A stretch of DNA of 64,000 nucleotides from the human T2T-CHM13v2.0 reference genome, Homo sapiens. The stretch lies in NCBI RefSeq assembly GCF_009914755.1, contig NC_060940.1; one strand, 5' to 3'. A program made the position numbers and the translations under genes. The number at the start of each line of letters is the position of its first letter. The first letter of the stretch is position 1. Below the pieces are notes generated by a model, which was not told where the DNA came from, did no database searches, and worked only from the letters and a program-made list of their open reading frames with translations. Below, in pieces: positions 14,712 to 30,074 of this stretch.

Positions 14712-15377
14712 GAATACCTTCTTTCTTAACAGCATTAAACAGACGAAGTATTGCTCGACTAAGCATTTGTAACTATAAGGACCCGGCAAACCCCAGACTC
14801 TGACTTCCGGAGAACTTTATTTCCACATGAAAAGAGCCCACACATGTTAGAAACAGTCAGTCCTGTGTTCAGATTCCCCTTCCCCTGACACCGCCGTGGT
14901 GGGGAGTCCCTGTGGGGGCAGTCACTTCTTTCTTCTAACCTGAGTCTGACTCATCCTCTCACTCCTCTGGCTAAGGACAGGAAGGGACAGTACCCTCTGA
15001 GAACCTGCTGAGAACTGCTGTGATGTCCCTTCCCTGACCCAAACAGAAGGAGGTACCCCTGAAAAGGAGACAGGATTAAAAAGCCAACCCAGAGAGCCTC
15101 TGGGTGCCAAAGGACTGCCGAAGCTCTTTACCCTCCCTCTGTATGTGGAAATTTCAGGGTAACTTACCAAGTGCTTTCTTCTCTTAGGAGCCACAGTCTG
15201 TGTGTACTCAGATTGGGAGAATGCAAATATAAGCGGTTGGGAGAGGGAAAAAGAACAAGAGAATAGGAGCGAGAACATTGGGAGAGAGAGAACAAGAGAC
15301 AGATAATAAATGAGAGGAGAAAAATTCGAGCTACACACCATTTTCACCCTATATACTGACTTTGAAGCCTTAAGGTC

Positions 15378-15592
<215 letters not shown>

Positions 15593-15809
15593 TTCCCTCT
15601 AAGTCTAAGTAAGATACAATTCCTCTATACGTGTGTGTTTCACTTTATGCAGCAGACAGACTTCCAAAAAACTGGATATGAATAAATTTCTTAAAATCTT
15701 TTTATATACATGAAAAGTCACAACTTTAAGGTACCCCATTCATGAGGACATGAATCCTTTGGTAAGATTAAACATCCAAATTCCTAGAAATATATCCCCT
15801 TGGGAATTT

Positions 15810-15990
15810 TGAGTTTCCTAGTCTTGAATGTCCTTACATTCATGAAGTCAAAAGGGTATTAGAGGCATCTCTTCCAGCCCCTTCACTATGCAGAGGAAGA
15901 ATCTGAGGCCCAGAGAGGCAGGGTGACTTGCCCAAGGTCACACAGCTAGAGTGAGTCAGAGCTGAAGCCTGAACTTGGGAGTGTAGTCTC
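15810..15990 (-). mobile_element. MIR fragment
   Basis: 'tgaggcccagagaggcagggtgacttgcccaaggtcacacagcta'. Confidence 0.8.
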
Positions 15991-16068
15991 TGTAGAGGTG
16001 CACGTACTGGCGGTTACTCACTTGTGCTACCTGAAATAAATGGACCTGAGAATCTGGTAGTTATATGA

Positions 16069-16390
<322 letters not shown>

Positions 16391-18146
16391 GAGTCTGCAG
16401 TTTTAATGCCTTATTTTCTGGAAGTCAAAACTGTATTACTGAGGTGTTTCTCTTTTTCATTACAGGAGTCATCTCTATTTTATTTATATTTTGCAGTGAA
16501 ATGATTTAAATCAAATGTGCTTGGGTGCAGAGGAAATCTGATCTGAAAGAGAGTTTTTATGGCAGAGAGAGAGCCAGCAGATACTTATTTCCTGCCTTGA
16601 AGAGGCCAGTAACATCCTGGTACAAGGGGATTCATCAATACATCTTTCATAAGAGGGCTTCTCTGCACAGTGAGCTGGAAAATCTTTCCAATGACTCTGG
16701 CCCATTTGTAACTTTGCCCCTGAATAAAAGAAGGGATTGATCGGGGCTTGGAATGCTTCCATACCCAGGGCCTTCCTGCACCCCAGGAGGCAGAGTCTAT
16801 AAATGGAATTCAACTGGGCAATTGCTCATGGAGAGAAAACCCAGCAGGGGTAAGCACAGCCTCTAAGGAGAGGGCAGTGAAGGGTTAAAGGTGCACCACC
16901 TTCCTCTGCTGGGGTCTGCAGAGGGACTGATGCCTGGAAGTCTCTAAAATAAAGAGTCTCAAAAATAGTCAGAGAGACTTGCTATTGGGTATTCTATGGA
17001 CTGCAGATCCATTCCCCACTCTCCATGATCTGCAGTGTATGCTGGTGGTGGGATATACCCTCAGTGTGTCCATCAGTCAGTCAGTTGGCATTTCTCAAGA
17101 TCTACAATGAACCAAAGCAGAGTGAGAGAGCTTGAAGGCTTCGTAACATGGCAAAGGGGCACGGAGAATTGAAAAGTATGTCCAGTTCCTGTAGACACAT
17201 CCCACAACCCCAACCTCCCAAGATGGTGCCAGTAAGCTTTCTGTTGGGTGAGAGACCAGGAGACCTGAGCTCCACCCTGGACCCTGCCACTTAAGTTAGC
17301 AGCTCTTAGGGAACTGATTTCTCCCTTTGGGCCTCAAAAGCATGTCCAAGTTGACTAAGCCTGCTTTAAAAGTTACTTGGAGAAGTGCTGAGATGATTAA
17401 ATAAGGACAGAGTCCAACACCAGGCACAGGACAGGCCCTGAATGAAGAGATTACTTCCCTTCTCCTTAGAACCTTTCCTCTCCTCACCCAGCTCCCTGTA
17501 AGGTGAAGATACAGCTCTATCTACAAAGAACGGTCACTTCTCTCTTCCTTTCTCTAGGGTGGTTTGGGTTCAAAGACGGAAACTGTATTTGCACCCTTGC
17601 AAGCTGGTTCGGTCCACACTTGCTTTCCTACCCAAAGACCACCACAATCCCTAGCTTCTTTAGAACTTCCTTGGCATGTGAACTTGAACAATACCCTACT
17701 CTTCTCCAAGACCCAGTTTCAGGGTAAATGGGATTAGAAAACCTAATTTAGTCAGAGTTGCTATGAAGATTAGAAATCAATAGGTTTCCCAGTACCTGAC
17801 ACATGGTAGATGCCCAATAAATGAAATTTATTATTTTCTGCAAGGAAAATAACATCTATCTCCTCTAATTGTCATGAGGATTAGAAGTAAAATACAAAGA
17901 GCATTTAGCGCAGTGTCTGGCGCAAAATAGCGGATACTGTATACATCTTGGTTGATGGAGACAAAAGATCAAAAGAGGAACGTAAACGTGAGCAAAAGCA
18001 AAAAATAAAAATAAAAAAAAAAGGTTCAAGGAAAAACAAACGTCTAGCCCAGAGCCTAGCAATCAGAGAGAGCTAGAAAGATATGCGCCTAATGCAAAGT
18101 AGGAGAGGTGGAAAGGCGGCTCAGAGACACGCAAGGGTCTACAACA

Positions 18147-18365
18147 CAGTTTCTCAACCTTGACACTGCTGACATTTTGGGCTGGATCATTCCGTCTTGG
18201 GTGAGTGCTGTCCTATGCAGTGTAGGATGTTGAGCAGCATCCTTGGCTCTACCCACTAGATGCCAGTAGCATCCGTCCCCCGTAGTTGTAACAACTAAAA
18301 AAATGTCTCTGGACATTGCCAAATGTCCCTTGGGGAGGCCTAATTACCCCCAGTTGAGAGTTGCT
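18147..18365. mobile_element. MER20 copy 2 (opposite orientation to copy 1)
   Basis: 'tttctcaaccttgacactgctgacattttgggctggat...ggacattgccaaatgtccc...cagttgaga'. Confidence 0.9.
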
Positions 18366-19179
18366 AGTCTAAAATAGTGTCTGACACACCGTGGGTCCTC
18401 ACTCAGCAAATACTTGTTGAAAGAAGGCAGGGATGGAGGGGAGAGGGATCAACGCTGACCACCCCATACCTGGGTAGGGCAAGCCCTCTGGCTTGCCTGG
18501 GCTGCTTCAGCCATAATGAACGGGTGGGAGGGAGGCTCTTCATGGACATGCATCAGCTTGGTTTCTCTGAAACAGGAGGGTGTTCCTAGAGTGTACTGTC
18601 TGTGCTGTGCCTTGTTAAGAGGGGAAATTTTCCAAGAACCTATTTTTCCAGCGCTGCAGATTTCACGTGGATATGGCCTTAAACATCCACAACCCTGAAC
18701 CTGCATCTCATTCCTCTGCCTTCAAAGGGATTCTTTGGAAGCACTTCTTGTCCCAAATGGTTTAATGCCTTTATTTTGCGAATGAGCCATTGCAGTCAAG
18801 AAGATTAACAGGGTTAAGATGTGTGCTTGTGGTTCTGGGCTTAGTGGTGGAAAAATCATGCTTCTTGCTTGTGAACTTAACCTTTTGGTGGATGGTGAGA
18901 AAGGCTATGTGGGGAGTGAAATAAAATGCATAGGTCACGGGGGTAGGGGCCCCAGGGGCCAGGGGTGGCAGGGAAGAGATGCCGTGTGTGCTCAAAGGCA
19001 GCTCAATTTGGAGGCTGGGAGTGGGAACACATCATCCCTGTAAAGATGGGATCAGATTGAAACTTCTGGGACCTGATTTCAGGAATGAGCTGCAACAAAA
19101 TGCCCGCACACTTCTTGAACACCTTCCTTTTCCTCCCCAGCTAAAATCCTTTCCTGATTCCTCAGTCTCCCTTGGGTTC

Positions 19180-19570
19180 ATTCACTTCCCTCCAGCCCTA
19201 CTTTTCCCCTCTTGCTTCTGGGCAGTATCTTTAGCCATTACCAGGTTTTCACTCACACCAGGACCTTTGCACATGCCACTTCCTCTTGCTAAATTAATCT
19301 TCATTCCATTTACACTTCTTCCTTTCAGCTTAAATGTCACTTCCCCGGGGAAAGGCTCCTGTTCCCTTTGGGTCAAGACTCACAGTCATACAGTCTCCGT
19401 ACACTGGGAATTTAATCCCATTTCACTTATCACAGTCCCACTCAGTGACTGGCATCTGTCCCCACCAGATAGTGATGTGGCCTGAGAGCAGGAATTGCAT
19501 CTTCTGCTCAATAATGTGCCCTCCTCCTACTCAGGGTCAGTAAACATCTGTGGAATAAGTAAGTGCATAA
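19180..19570 (+). mobile_element. L2 fragment
   Basis: 'ggacctttgcacatgc'...'cagtaaacatctgtggaataagt'. Confidence 0.6.
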
Positions 19571-19584
19571 ATGGGGAAAAGGCA

Positions 19585-19941
<357 letters not shown>

Positions 19942-20237
19942 TCATGTCCCACAGCTCCATTCCCAGACACCATTAGAATAAAACACAGCATGGTGTCAGA
20001 GCACGGAGAAAAAGGTGAACTTCCTTCTGCCTCCTTTCCAGCTCACACGCATCTTGTTTCCAGCCCCAAACTTGATGAAGATGGGGCTCCCTTCCTTGCC
20101 TTCAGCCCAGGATAATCACCTGCTGCAAATTTACCCGGTGTTTAAATTGTAACAGCAAGTCACCAAGCTCTTATTGTCACAGTAGCAGAAGGGGTTACAT
20201 CAGAGTAGAAGATGTGGACCTTGGCCTCAAGGAGCCC

Positions 20238-20552
20238 AGCAGTATCAGCACTCAGGAGCTGGTTAGAAATGCAGACTCCCAGGCCCCACCTCAGATGGGC
20301 TGAATTAGAACCTGCATCTTAACTAGGTCCTCTGGTTCATGTGAGCAGCCTCGTGGGCTGCTCATGGGCTTCAGTAGCCTGCTCATCAGAATCATCTGGA
20401 AGATTTGTTAAACTACAGATTGCTAGAGCCCTGCCTTCACCCCCAGTATGTGATTCCAAGAGTCTGGGGGTGGCAGGTGAAGGTGCGTTTCTTTCCATTT
20501 CCCATGTGATGCAGCTGCTGTTGGTTCAGGACCACGCTTCGAGAACAGCTGC
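20238..20552. mobile_element. Two adjacent MER5-family fragments in opposite orientation
   Basis: 'gagctggttagaaatgcagactcccaggccccacc...tgaattagaa' then 'catcagaatcatctggaagatttgttaaa...ggaccacgcttcgagaac'. Confidence 0.75.
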
Positions 20553-20555
20553 CCT

Positions 20556-20690
20556 ACTGCTCAGACCCAGGCACACAGCTTAGTTTCCAGCCAGATCCAT
20601 GGGACTGTGGGTGAATTCCTTCCTTCTTCAACAACGTTGATGCTGATTTCATGCTGTTTGTGCAACTTAGGCAGTAAAAAGTTTCCTTTC
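20556..20690 (+). repeat. Local dispersed duplication A, copy 1
   Basis: Hand alignment to 22546-22677: about 16 mismatches plus one 3-nt indel (~88% identity). Confidence 0.95.
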
Positions 20691-20699
20691 CCCCTTGTG

Positions 20700-21061
20700 T
20701 GTATTAGTCTGTTTTCACACTGCTGATAAAGGCATGCCCGAGACTGGGTAATTTATTAAGAAAAATAAGTTTAATGAACTCACAGTTCCAAGTGGCTGGG
20801 GAGGCCGCACAATCATGGTGGAAGGCAAAAGGCACGTCTTACATGGCAGCAGGCAAAAGGAAAATGAGAGCCAAGCAAAAGGGGTTTCCCCTTATAAAAC
20901 CATCAGATCTCATGAGACTTATTCACTACAATGAGAACAATATAGGGGAAACTGCCCCGATGATTCAGTTATCTCCCACTGGGTCCCTCCATGGAGGGAG
21001 GGAATTATAGGAGCTACAATTCAAGATGAGATTTGGGTGGGGACACAACCAAACCATATCA
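20700..21061 (-). mobile_element. THE1 (THE1B-like) MaLR solo LTR
   Basis: tgtattagtctgttttcacactgctgataaa...cccttataaaaccatcagatctcatgagact...aaaccatatca; TG...CA ends. Confidence 0.92.
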
Positions 21062-21469
21062 ATGGGGGTTTAAGCAGAGGTCTGAGGCCCAGAAAGGCCT
21101 TCTAGAAGAGTCAAGGTGTGAGCTGGAGGATGAAAAAGAGCTTGCCGACAGACAAGAGGAAGAGGGGCGTTCTAGACACACAGCACTGCCCAAGCCAAAT
21201 GAAGCAGGCGTGAAGCCAGGCACGCCCAGGGGGTGACTCATCTGCTGTGCCCAGAGCTCAGGCCAGGTAGGAGGGAGATCCAGGGGAAGGGTAGGGCCTG
21301 GAGATCACAGAAGTTCTGCCTCCTGTTACCTGTAAGATCCCTGCTGGCATAGTACTGTGAAGGACTCAATGAAACATCCCTGAAATCCTCATGATCATCA
21401 GGGCTGGCATTCCTGTAGCGCTTACCATGTATGGGGTCTTGTCTCAGGGCCTTACCCGCATTAACATGT

Positions 21470-21705
21470 TTTTCTTTCTAACTTAAAAAAATAATAATTA
21501 TAGACTCACAGGAGGTTGCCAAGATAGCAGAGTTCTGCACTCCCTCACCCAGCTTCCCCCAATGGTGACATCTTATGTAACTGCAGTGCAATATTAAAAC
21601 CAGGCAATTCACATCAGTACAATACTGTTAACGGGACTGCAGATTTTGTTTTTGTTTTCACCCATTTTCAACATACTCATGTGTGTATCCGTGATTCTAT
21701 TTACT
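21470..21705 (-). mobile_element. L1MC/MD-type 3' end inserted in a MIR (~21330-21840)
   Basis: 'tatagactcacaggaggttgc...cccagcttcccccaatggtgacatctt'; MIR resumes at 'tttaatcttcacagcaatcct'. Confidence 0.7.
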
Positions 21706-22545
21706 GTTTAATCTTCACAGCAATCCTATTATCCCATTTTGCAGATGGGAAAACTGAAGCACAGACAGAATAAAGACAGAATAAAGTGACTTGTCCAAGG
21801 AGCTCGAATTCAGGGAATCTAGCTCTAAGCTACTATGCAGTGTTACTTCTCCGGCAAGTTCTGGTAACTAGTGCAAACTCGCTCATGGATCAGAGATGTT
21901 TCTGAGGGTACTCATATTTGAAAAGGACTTCTAGGTGTCAAATGTAGGTTCCAGACCCATCCCAAAGAACCGGATCCTCTTGGAAAAGCTCCCCCTGGCC
22001 GGGGCTGAGCAGGGAAGCTGGGAGAGAGGGCATGTCCGCCCAGGGCCATGGCCACAGATCCCCAGCCTTGTTGGCTCCTGGATAGTCTCTATCCCAGCTC
22101 AAAGGTGTGCCTGTCTGCCTCATCTGCTCTCAGGTTTCTGGTCTGGTGATGTTCTCGGGACTGGCCTGGGCTGCCTGCCAACACCAGAACTAGACAAAAA
22201 TCTGCAGTTCTGAGCCTCAGCCCCTGCCCCTGGAGCCCTGGCAACTTCACAGAGGCCTGCTTGTGAGGCCAGGAAGCAGGAAGCTGGGCTGCTCAGCCCT
22301 CCGCCAACCTCCAGGCCCCTGGCTGCTGGGGCTGGAGGAGGGAGAGAGAAGGGGACAGACAGGACATCCAGTAAAGCTGTAACACCACCAAAAAAGGCCT
22401 CCCACACAAGCCAGCCTTGGCAGCCAGCGACCTACCAGACAAGGCCCCCCTTTCCTGCTGACTTTTATGGAGTGTTGGGCTCCTTGGAAGGGAATGTTCC
22501 CTGTGCTTAGAAATATGTGGAGATGATCTATGCATGTGGACAGGG

Positions 22546-22677
22546 ACTGCTTAGACCCATGCACACAGCTTGGTTTCTAGCCAGATCCGTGGGACTGTGG
22601 GTGAATTCTTTCCTTCAACAGCATTGATGCTGCTATAATGCTGTCTGTGTAACTTAGGCAAGAAAAGGTTTCCTTTC
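22546..22677 (+). repeat. Local dispersed duplication A, copy 2
   Basis: Matches 20556-20690. Confidence 0.95.
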
Positions 22678-25406
22678 ATTAGAGGGGAAAACATCCAAAC
22701 CATTAAAAAAAAAAAAAAGTTCATAGGAATCCATGATAGCATTGGGAGTGGTTCTGCCCAGACATGGAGCGACTGTGGTTAGGACCCAAGAAACAGCCTC
22801 ATCTGTTAACCTCTCCAAGACTCAGTATCCTCAGCTGAAAAGTGTGGATTAGGCTGGAAGGATCCAGCCCAAACTATGAACCTACAGGGAGAATGGGAAT
22901 AAGGGGATATAATTAAGGGGCTTTTATTTCTATTCTGTCCAGAGATTCAAAATGCAGTTGCCTCAGACAGGCCAGGCCTCAGCCATGTGTCAAGGTCATC
23001 AGTGATAAATCAATCCACCCTGGGAGGGTCAGGACACTGGAGAGGGTCTGTCCAGCCAAAAGAACATTAGAACTCAATTGTTTTAAGACACTCTGCAGGC
23101 CAAACCAAACTTGTCGACTCACTAGTTACTAGCTTTGAATTCTAAAGTCGACTCTTGTCCAGAAATCATTTCAGGAGCTCCAAAATCTCAAGATCAGGAG
23201 ATCCTAGAGAAAGATTAGAAGCAACAGGCCCCTTGTGTGTGGCCCTTAAGTTAACACGTCACTGGCTCCCCAGCAGGGAACCTGGTGGGCCCTGACTTCA
23301 GGAGCCTCCCCAGGCCCACTCATCACCCACAAAACAGCACCCTTGGGGTGCTGCAGAGAGGGAGGAAAAGTGCTTAGTCAGCCCACCCCGCTGCACGTTG
23401 CCGAGTCAGTCATTTTTTTAGAGCCCTCTAGAAACCACTAGATTCCAGGTCCTAGAATATGCACTACAGGCTTCCCTTGGAGCATGAGAAGTACCTCTCT
23501 GACTCCCACCAATTGCTCCTCCATGAATGGCAGCCATCCATCCATCTGCTATCCAAGAGAACGCATACTGGGTGAAAATGTATGCACAATCAGCTGAGAG
23601 CAACATGCGAAACCAAATTATTATCTATCCCCTCCCATTCCAGGAAAGAAAGGCCTGTGATGAAAGACACAGAAACAAGAAAACCACTACACTAGTGAGA
23701 GAAAAATCAATAATCAAAGTGATAGAGGAGAAACTTGACAAACCAAAGCTAACAGAATAATTATGATTAACATTAGATGAGGCTCTGAGCTCCCTGGTGG
23801 CCAAAGCAAAAAGGGATGCTTTGTATTATATAACTCATATACAACTTGACAGCTAGAAGCTTAGCCAAAGAAAAAGAGAAAAGTTCAGTCCTGGTACGAG
23901 TTTGTCAGGCAGGTGTGTAGGTGGCGGAGGTGATAAAGTAGAGAGGTGAGAGGTACCCAGGTCAAATGCAGCCTGGTGGGCCAAGGTCAGGCCTTGGCTT
24001 ATACTGAAAGAGGCATGAGGAGCCACGTGGCGGGTTATTCGCAGAGTCAAGACTTCATCTGACTCATGATTTAAAAGAGCAGCTCTGGGAGCTATGCTGG
24101 GGATGGCCCACCTGGGGAAAAGGCAGAAGGAGGGAGGAAGATTTAGAGACTACAGAAAAAAGCCAGGCAAGTCCTTAGGAGAAAATCCATTCTCCTTCCT
24201 AGGACTGACTTACAAAGCTCAGCATGTCCTGAACCTGCCTCTCCATTCAACCCAAACTCATTTCTCTTTCCCTCCCTCCAGCTACCCTGGTCTCCATCTA
24301 TCTCCTGCCTTGTGGATGCTCTTTGTCACCTTGTGCATTTGCACATGTTCTTCCCCCTACTGGCATGTTCTTCTCCCCAGCCTCATCCTTTGCATCTCAG
24401 CTGAAATGTCAGTTTCCTGGAGAGCCATTTCCCAAACCCCTATCACAAGTAGAGAATTCTCGCTCCCCTAACTCTCAATTCTAGAATCTTCTGCTTCTAT
24501 CTCAGCACTAGTCACAGCAGATCGTTATTGTAACACTGTACCTATGTGTTGGTTGTTGGTTTTGTCCCGTCTCTCTACCAGGATGTCTATTATTCTAGGA
24601 AGTCAAAGATAAGTCTATTCCCATTGCATTTCCTCCAGCCCCATAGCATAAGACTTGGCACAAAGTAGGTGCTTAATAAATTATGGCGAACAAATGGACC
24701 CCATGAGGCAGACACAGAATTAGCTTCAGGTTAGAAAACGGAAGCTCAGAGAGGCTCAGGCAACTTGCCCAAGGTCACCTGGTGGTAGATCTCAAGTCTG
24801 ACTCCAAGGCTAGGCCCTTTGACCCTATACCCAGTTTCTCTGAACTCAAATTAGATGACCTTGCCCTGATCATGCCTCGGCAAGTCCCTGGTAGGAGGTC
24901 CTTACCACTGCATTAAACCAAGATCTTAGCGCTTTGACAAAGGGCCAACGAGAACATGAAGATGATCTGTAAAGTCCCTAGAAGACGCCAGGAGAAGCTT
25001 AGGAAATTGCAGCCGCACCTGGGTCAGATCCCAACAGAGTACAACAGCAAAGGGGCACTAGGAAATAGCCCCCACCTGGTTGGCCACACTGCCTCCACCT
25101 TTCACCACTCACAACACAAACTATTCTCCCCGAAGCGCACAGCTTTTATCTGATCAATTTTCTAGGCTGTGGAACCAAACAGTGGAATCCACAGGAAATT
25201 AAGCTTATTGACTCAGTCTTTGAACACCACATGGAGAAGAGATATTTACACATGTCATCGGAGCCCTGGGGACTGTAGGTTATTGGCAGCATGTATTTAC
25301 AGAGTTTCGCCCAACAGTGGAGATGGGGAGAAAAACCACCATGCCTCCCCCTCCATGCAGATTTGGGGAATTCAGAGAGATGAAACAAGAGTTAGGACCC
25401 CCTGCT

Positions 25407-26137
<731 letters not shown>

Positions 26138-26365
26138 CCCAGGCAGATTTTATGGAGCTCTCAATGTTGCAGCAATAAACTGTGATCTGTTTCCCCATCT
26201 AGGTGTTTGCCTCCTGCCATTTCTTCATGGTTCCTTGACTGTAACTTCTCTTTGGGTCATTTACAATTAGAGAGGTGAGGCAACCTTTGACATTCTTGAC
26301 GGATGCCCTGGAAGACTGGTAAATGAATGCCCAAATTAAAATTAACCACAATAAATAATGGCATC

Positions 26366-26645
26366 AGATGAGGCACAGTGGCTCATGCCTGTCATCTCAG
26401 CACTTTGGGAGGCCTAGGCGGGAGGGTGGTTTGAGCCCAGGAGTTCAAGACCAGCCTGGGTAACAGAGTAGTAACTCATCACTACACAAAATACAAAACT
26501 TAGCTGGGTATGGTAGCATGTGTCTGTCCCAGGTACCTGGGAGGCTGAGGTGGGAGGATGGCTTGAGCCCAGGAGATCGAGTTTGCGGTGAGCCATAATT
26601 GCACCACTGCACTCCAGCCTGGGCCACGGTGGGAGACGCTGTCTC

Positions 26646-26674
<29 letters not shown>
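26366..26674 (+). mobile_element. AluJ with long pure A tail
   Basis: TSD ggcatcag. Confidence 0.93.
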
Positions 26675-26679
<5 letters not shown>

Positions 26680-26719
26680 CAGGAGCTAGTATTTATGGTA
26701 TGCAGTATCTCTTTACCCT

Positions 26720-27240
26720 CACATGTTAAATCATGTTTCCTTTTGTAATCAGAATAAAATCCAAGCTCCTTATCATAGCCTATGATGTCCTACAGGATCT
26801 AGCTACTGCCCACCTCTGTAATGTCCCCTCTCTTCCTCTCACTCATCAATATGTTTCAGCCACCACGGCGAGCTCATTCCTGCCTCAGGGCATTTGCACA
26901 CACTATTCCTCTGCCTGGAATGCTTTTCCCTGCATCCTTGAATATCTGTCTAGTTTATTCCCATTGCTCAATGCTGGGATCAGTTAATTACCTACCCCAC
27001 ACCAGTCATTACCCGTCTTGTCACCCTGTTTAACCATTATCACAGCACCTTTTCACTTGTTTGAAGCGTTCTTATGTATTTCCTTATGTGTTTATCATCT
27101 GTGTCTTCTTGCTAAGGTCGGTGAAGCTGAGACCTTGGATTTTCAGATTTCCAGATTCCCAGTATATCTAATGCCTGACGTGATACCAACACATAGCGGA
27201 TGCTGAATAAATACTCAAGGAAGAAATGAAAGAGAGAATG
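26720..27240 (+). mobile_element. L2 3' fragment
   Basis: 'agaataaaatccaagctcctt'...'cctcagggcatttgcacac...cctctgcctggaatgct'. Confidence 0.75.
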
Positions 27241-27806
27241 GGAACTGGACCCTGGGTTTACTTGATCTCACTCCAAAGCCGGGGCTCTTAACCACTGAGC
27301 TACACAGCCTCATCACAGGACACTCTGCTGAATCAGCAGCTCCTGTTCAAACAGCTAGACTTCCAAAGTCAACACCAGCACATGGCTTTTCGGGGGAGGA
27401 GTACATTTCATCACAAGGCCAAGATTGTGTTTTGTTTTGTAAATCACTTCCTAAGTATTACCAAGGCTCCCACACCAATGAATCCTTCCTCCTTTCCTCC
27501 TGCAGGGTAGAAGGTCCTGGCTTGGTTCTCCAACCAGCTAAAGGCCTGTTTCCCGCATGCAAAGATGATGTTTGTGCTTTAGCAAAATGCAACGTCATGC
27601 AATCCTGGGGTCAGTTATGCAGATCCGAAGCACTACTGGAATTCAGAACCTGGTTCCATGAATTTGTTAACTGAGTCTACAGATGTATATAATGAACTTC
27701 CAGACACTCAAGACGATGCAGAGAAAAACCAGAAAACTATAGTGGGAAAAGCAAGGATTATGATGACAAGAACTCCATGTGGTTCCATCCTGGGATCTGC
27801 TTACTC

Positions 27807-28103
27807 TTTTTTTTTTTTTTTCTTCAGATGAGTCTAACTCTCGCCCAGGCTGAAGGGCAGTGGCACGATCTCAGCTCCCTGCAACCTCTGCTTCCTGGGT
27901 TCAAGCGATTCTCCTGCCTCATCCTCTCGAGTAGCTGGGATTACAGGCATGTGCCACCATGCCGGGGTAATTTTTGTATTTTTAGTAGAGACAGGGTTTC
28001 ACCATGTTGGCCTGGCTGGTCTCAAACTCCTAACCTCAGGTGATCTGCCCGCCTACGCCTTCCAAAGTGCTGGGATTACAAGCATGAGCCACCATGCCTG
28101 GCC
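27807..28103 (-). mobile_element. AluS
   Basis: Full reverse Alu. Confidence 0.95.
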
Positions 28104-28354
28104 TCTCCTTATTCTCTTGCTGGGTGAACTTGAATGAGCTACCTCCACTTTTTAAGCCTCAGTTTTCAAGTACGTAAAATGGAGGCAATGACTGTGCATT
28201 TATTGGGAAGGGCTTACTTTCAAGGCCACAGAAAGAAATACATGAAAAAAAATCTATCAGAATGCCTGGAACTTATAATAAATGATCTTGAAACATTTGT
28301 TCAATGCCTACCATGTTCAAGGTGCAGCACAGTACCTTGCCTGAGAGATTCTAA

Positions 28355-28756
<402 letters not shown>

Positions 28757-28859
28757 CAGGAACATCTCATATCAAGATACCAAGCCTGAATTTGAATTCC
28801 AGCTCTGACATTTGAGGCACCCCTCACCCCATTTCTGGGCCTTAGTTTCCCCACTGAAT

Positions 28860-29320
28860 GGAAATAATGGCCTATGTCATCTGGCCCCTTCGTACCTCTC
28901 CACCTTCTCCCATCCCCTTTTCTCAGCTCCCCTCCCCACTGGAATTCCTGGAGTCTTCAACCATGCTAAGCGCCAGGCAGTTCGCATGCTCTTTTCTTTC
29001 TGCCCAGAACAGCCTTTCTTCTGGCTCTTCTGGGACTAGCTCCTCATTCAACCCTCAGTCTTCCCTGGCCATCCTACATAACATAGCCCACTCCATTTGA
29101 TCTGACAGCAGCTCCTTCTTCACTTCTTTATTACCACTAATCAACATTTGTAGTGATATATGTATTGTTTGTTTCCTGTCTCTTTCTTCCCCAGACTACG
29201 GAGGTTGTAAACATTCAGAAAAAGGAACCGTGCCTGTTTTGATTAGCAGTGTATTTCCAAAAACCTAGCACAGTGCCTGAAGCACAGCAGGTGCTCAATA
29301 AAGGCTTGATGAGGGGATGG
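28860..29320 (+). mobile_element. L2 fragment
   Basis: 'cctagcacagtgcctgaagcacagcaggtgctcaataaa'. Confidence 0.7.
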
Positions 29321-29475
29321 GTGAAAGTTTGGCATTCCCTCCAATCTATCGCATCAAGGCCTTCATCTAACCCACTATGAAGACCCTCAAACACACCATT
29401 CCCAATGCTTACATCCAAAACCTCTTTCTGCCCCACCTCCTGAGGAAATGGGGCATGAGTTGTGAGTTTCCTTAG

Positions 29476-29795
<320 letters not shown>

Positions 29796-30074
29796 GACCT
29801 TGGAAAAGTTTCTTAACCACTCTGTGCCTAGGTTTTCTTACCACGGAAATGAGGTTAATGATAATAGTTCCTGACTCATAGAATTGTTTTTGGCACTGCA
29901 TGAGTTAACATACATAAAGGACTTCGGTAAAATATACGTAAGGCACTTAGCACTTTTTATGCCTTGTATGTGAATAAATGTCATCTAGGGTAGGTGGAGC
30001 CCTGTCCCTACCATTCCATGCAGGTTTCCCTGAGTACCTTTTTTTCACACAGGTAGGTTAGCTCCTCATCTACA

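Noticed and set aside
18979-19485. 168-aa ORF
   Set aside because: Largely overlaps a pyrimidine-rich L2 fragment
20695-21066. TSD for the THE1 LTR
   Set aside because: Flanks ttgtg/atggg match only 3 of 5, so no TSD is claimed
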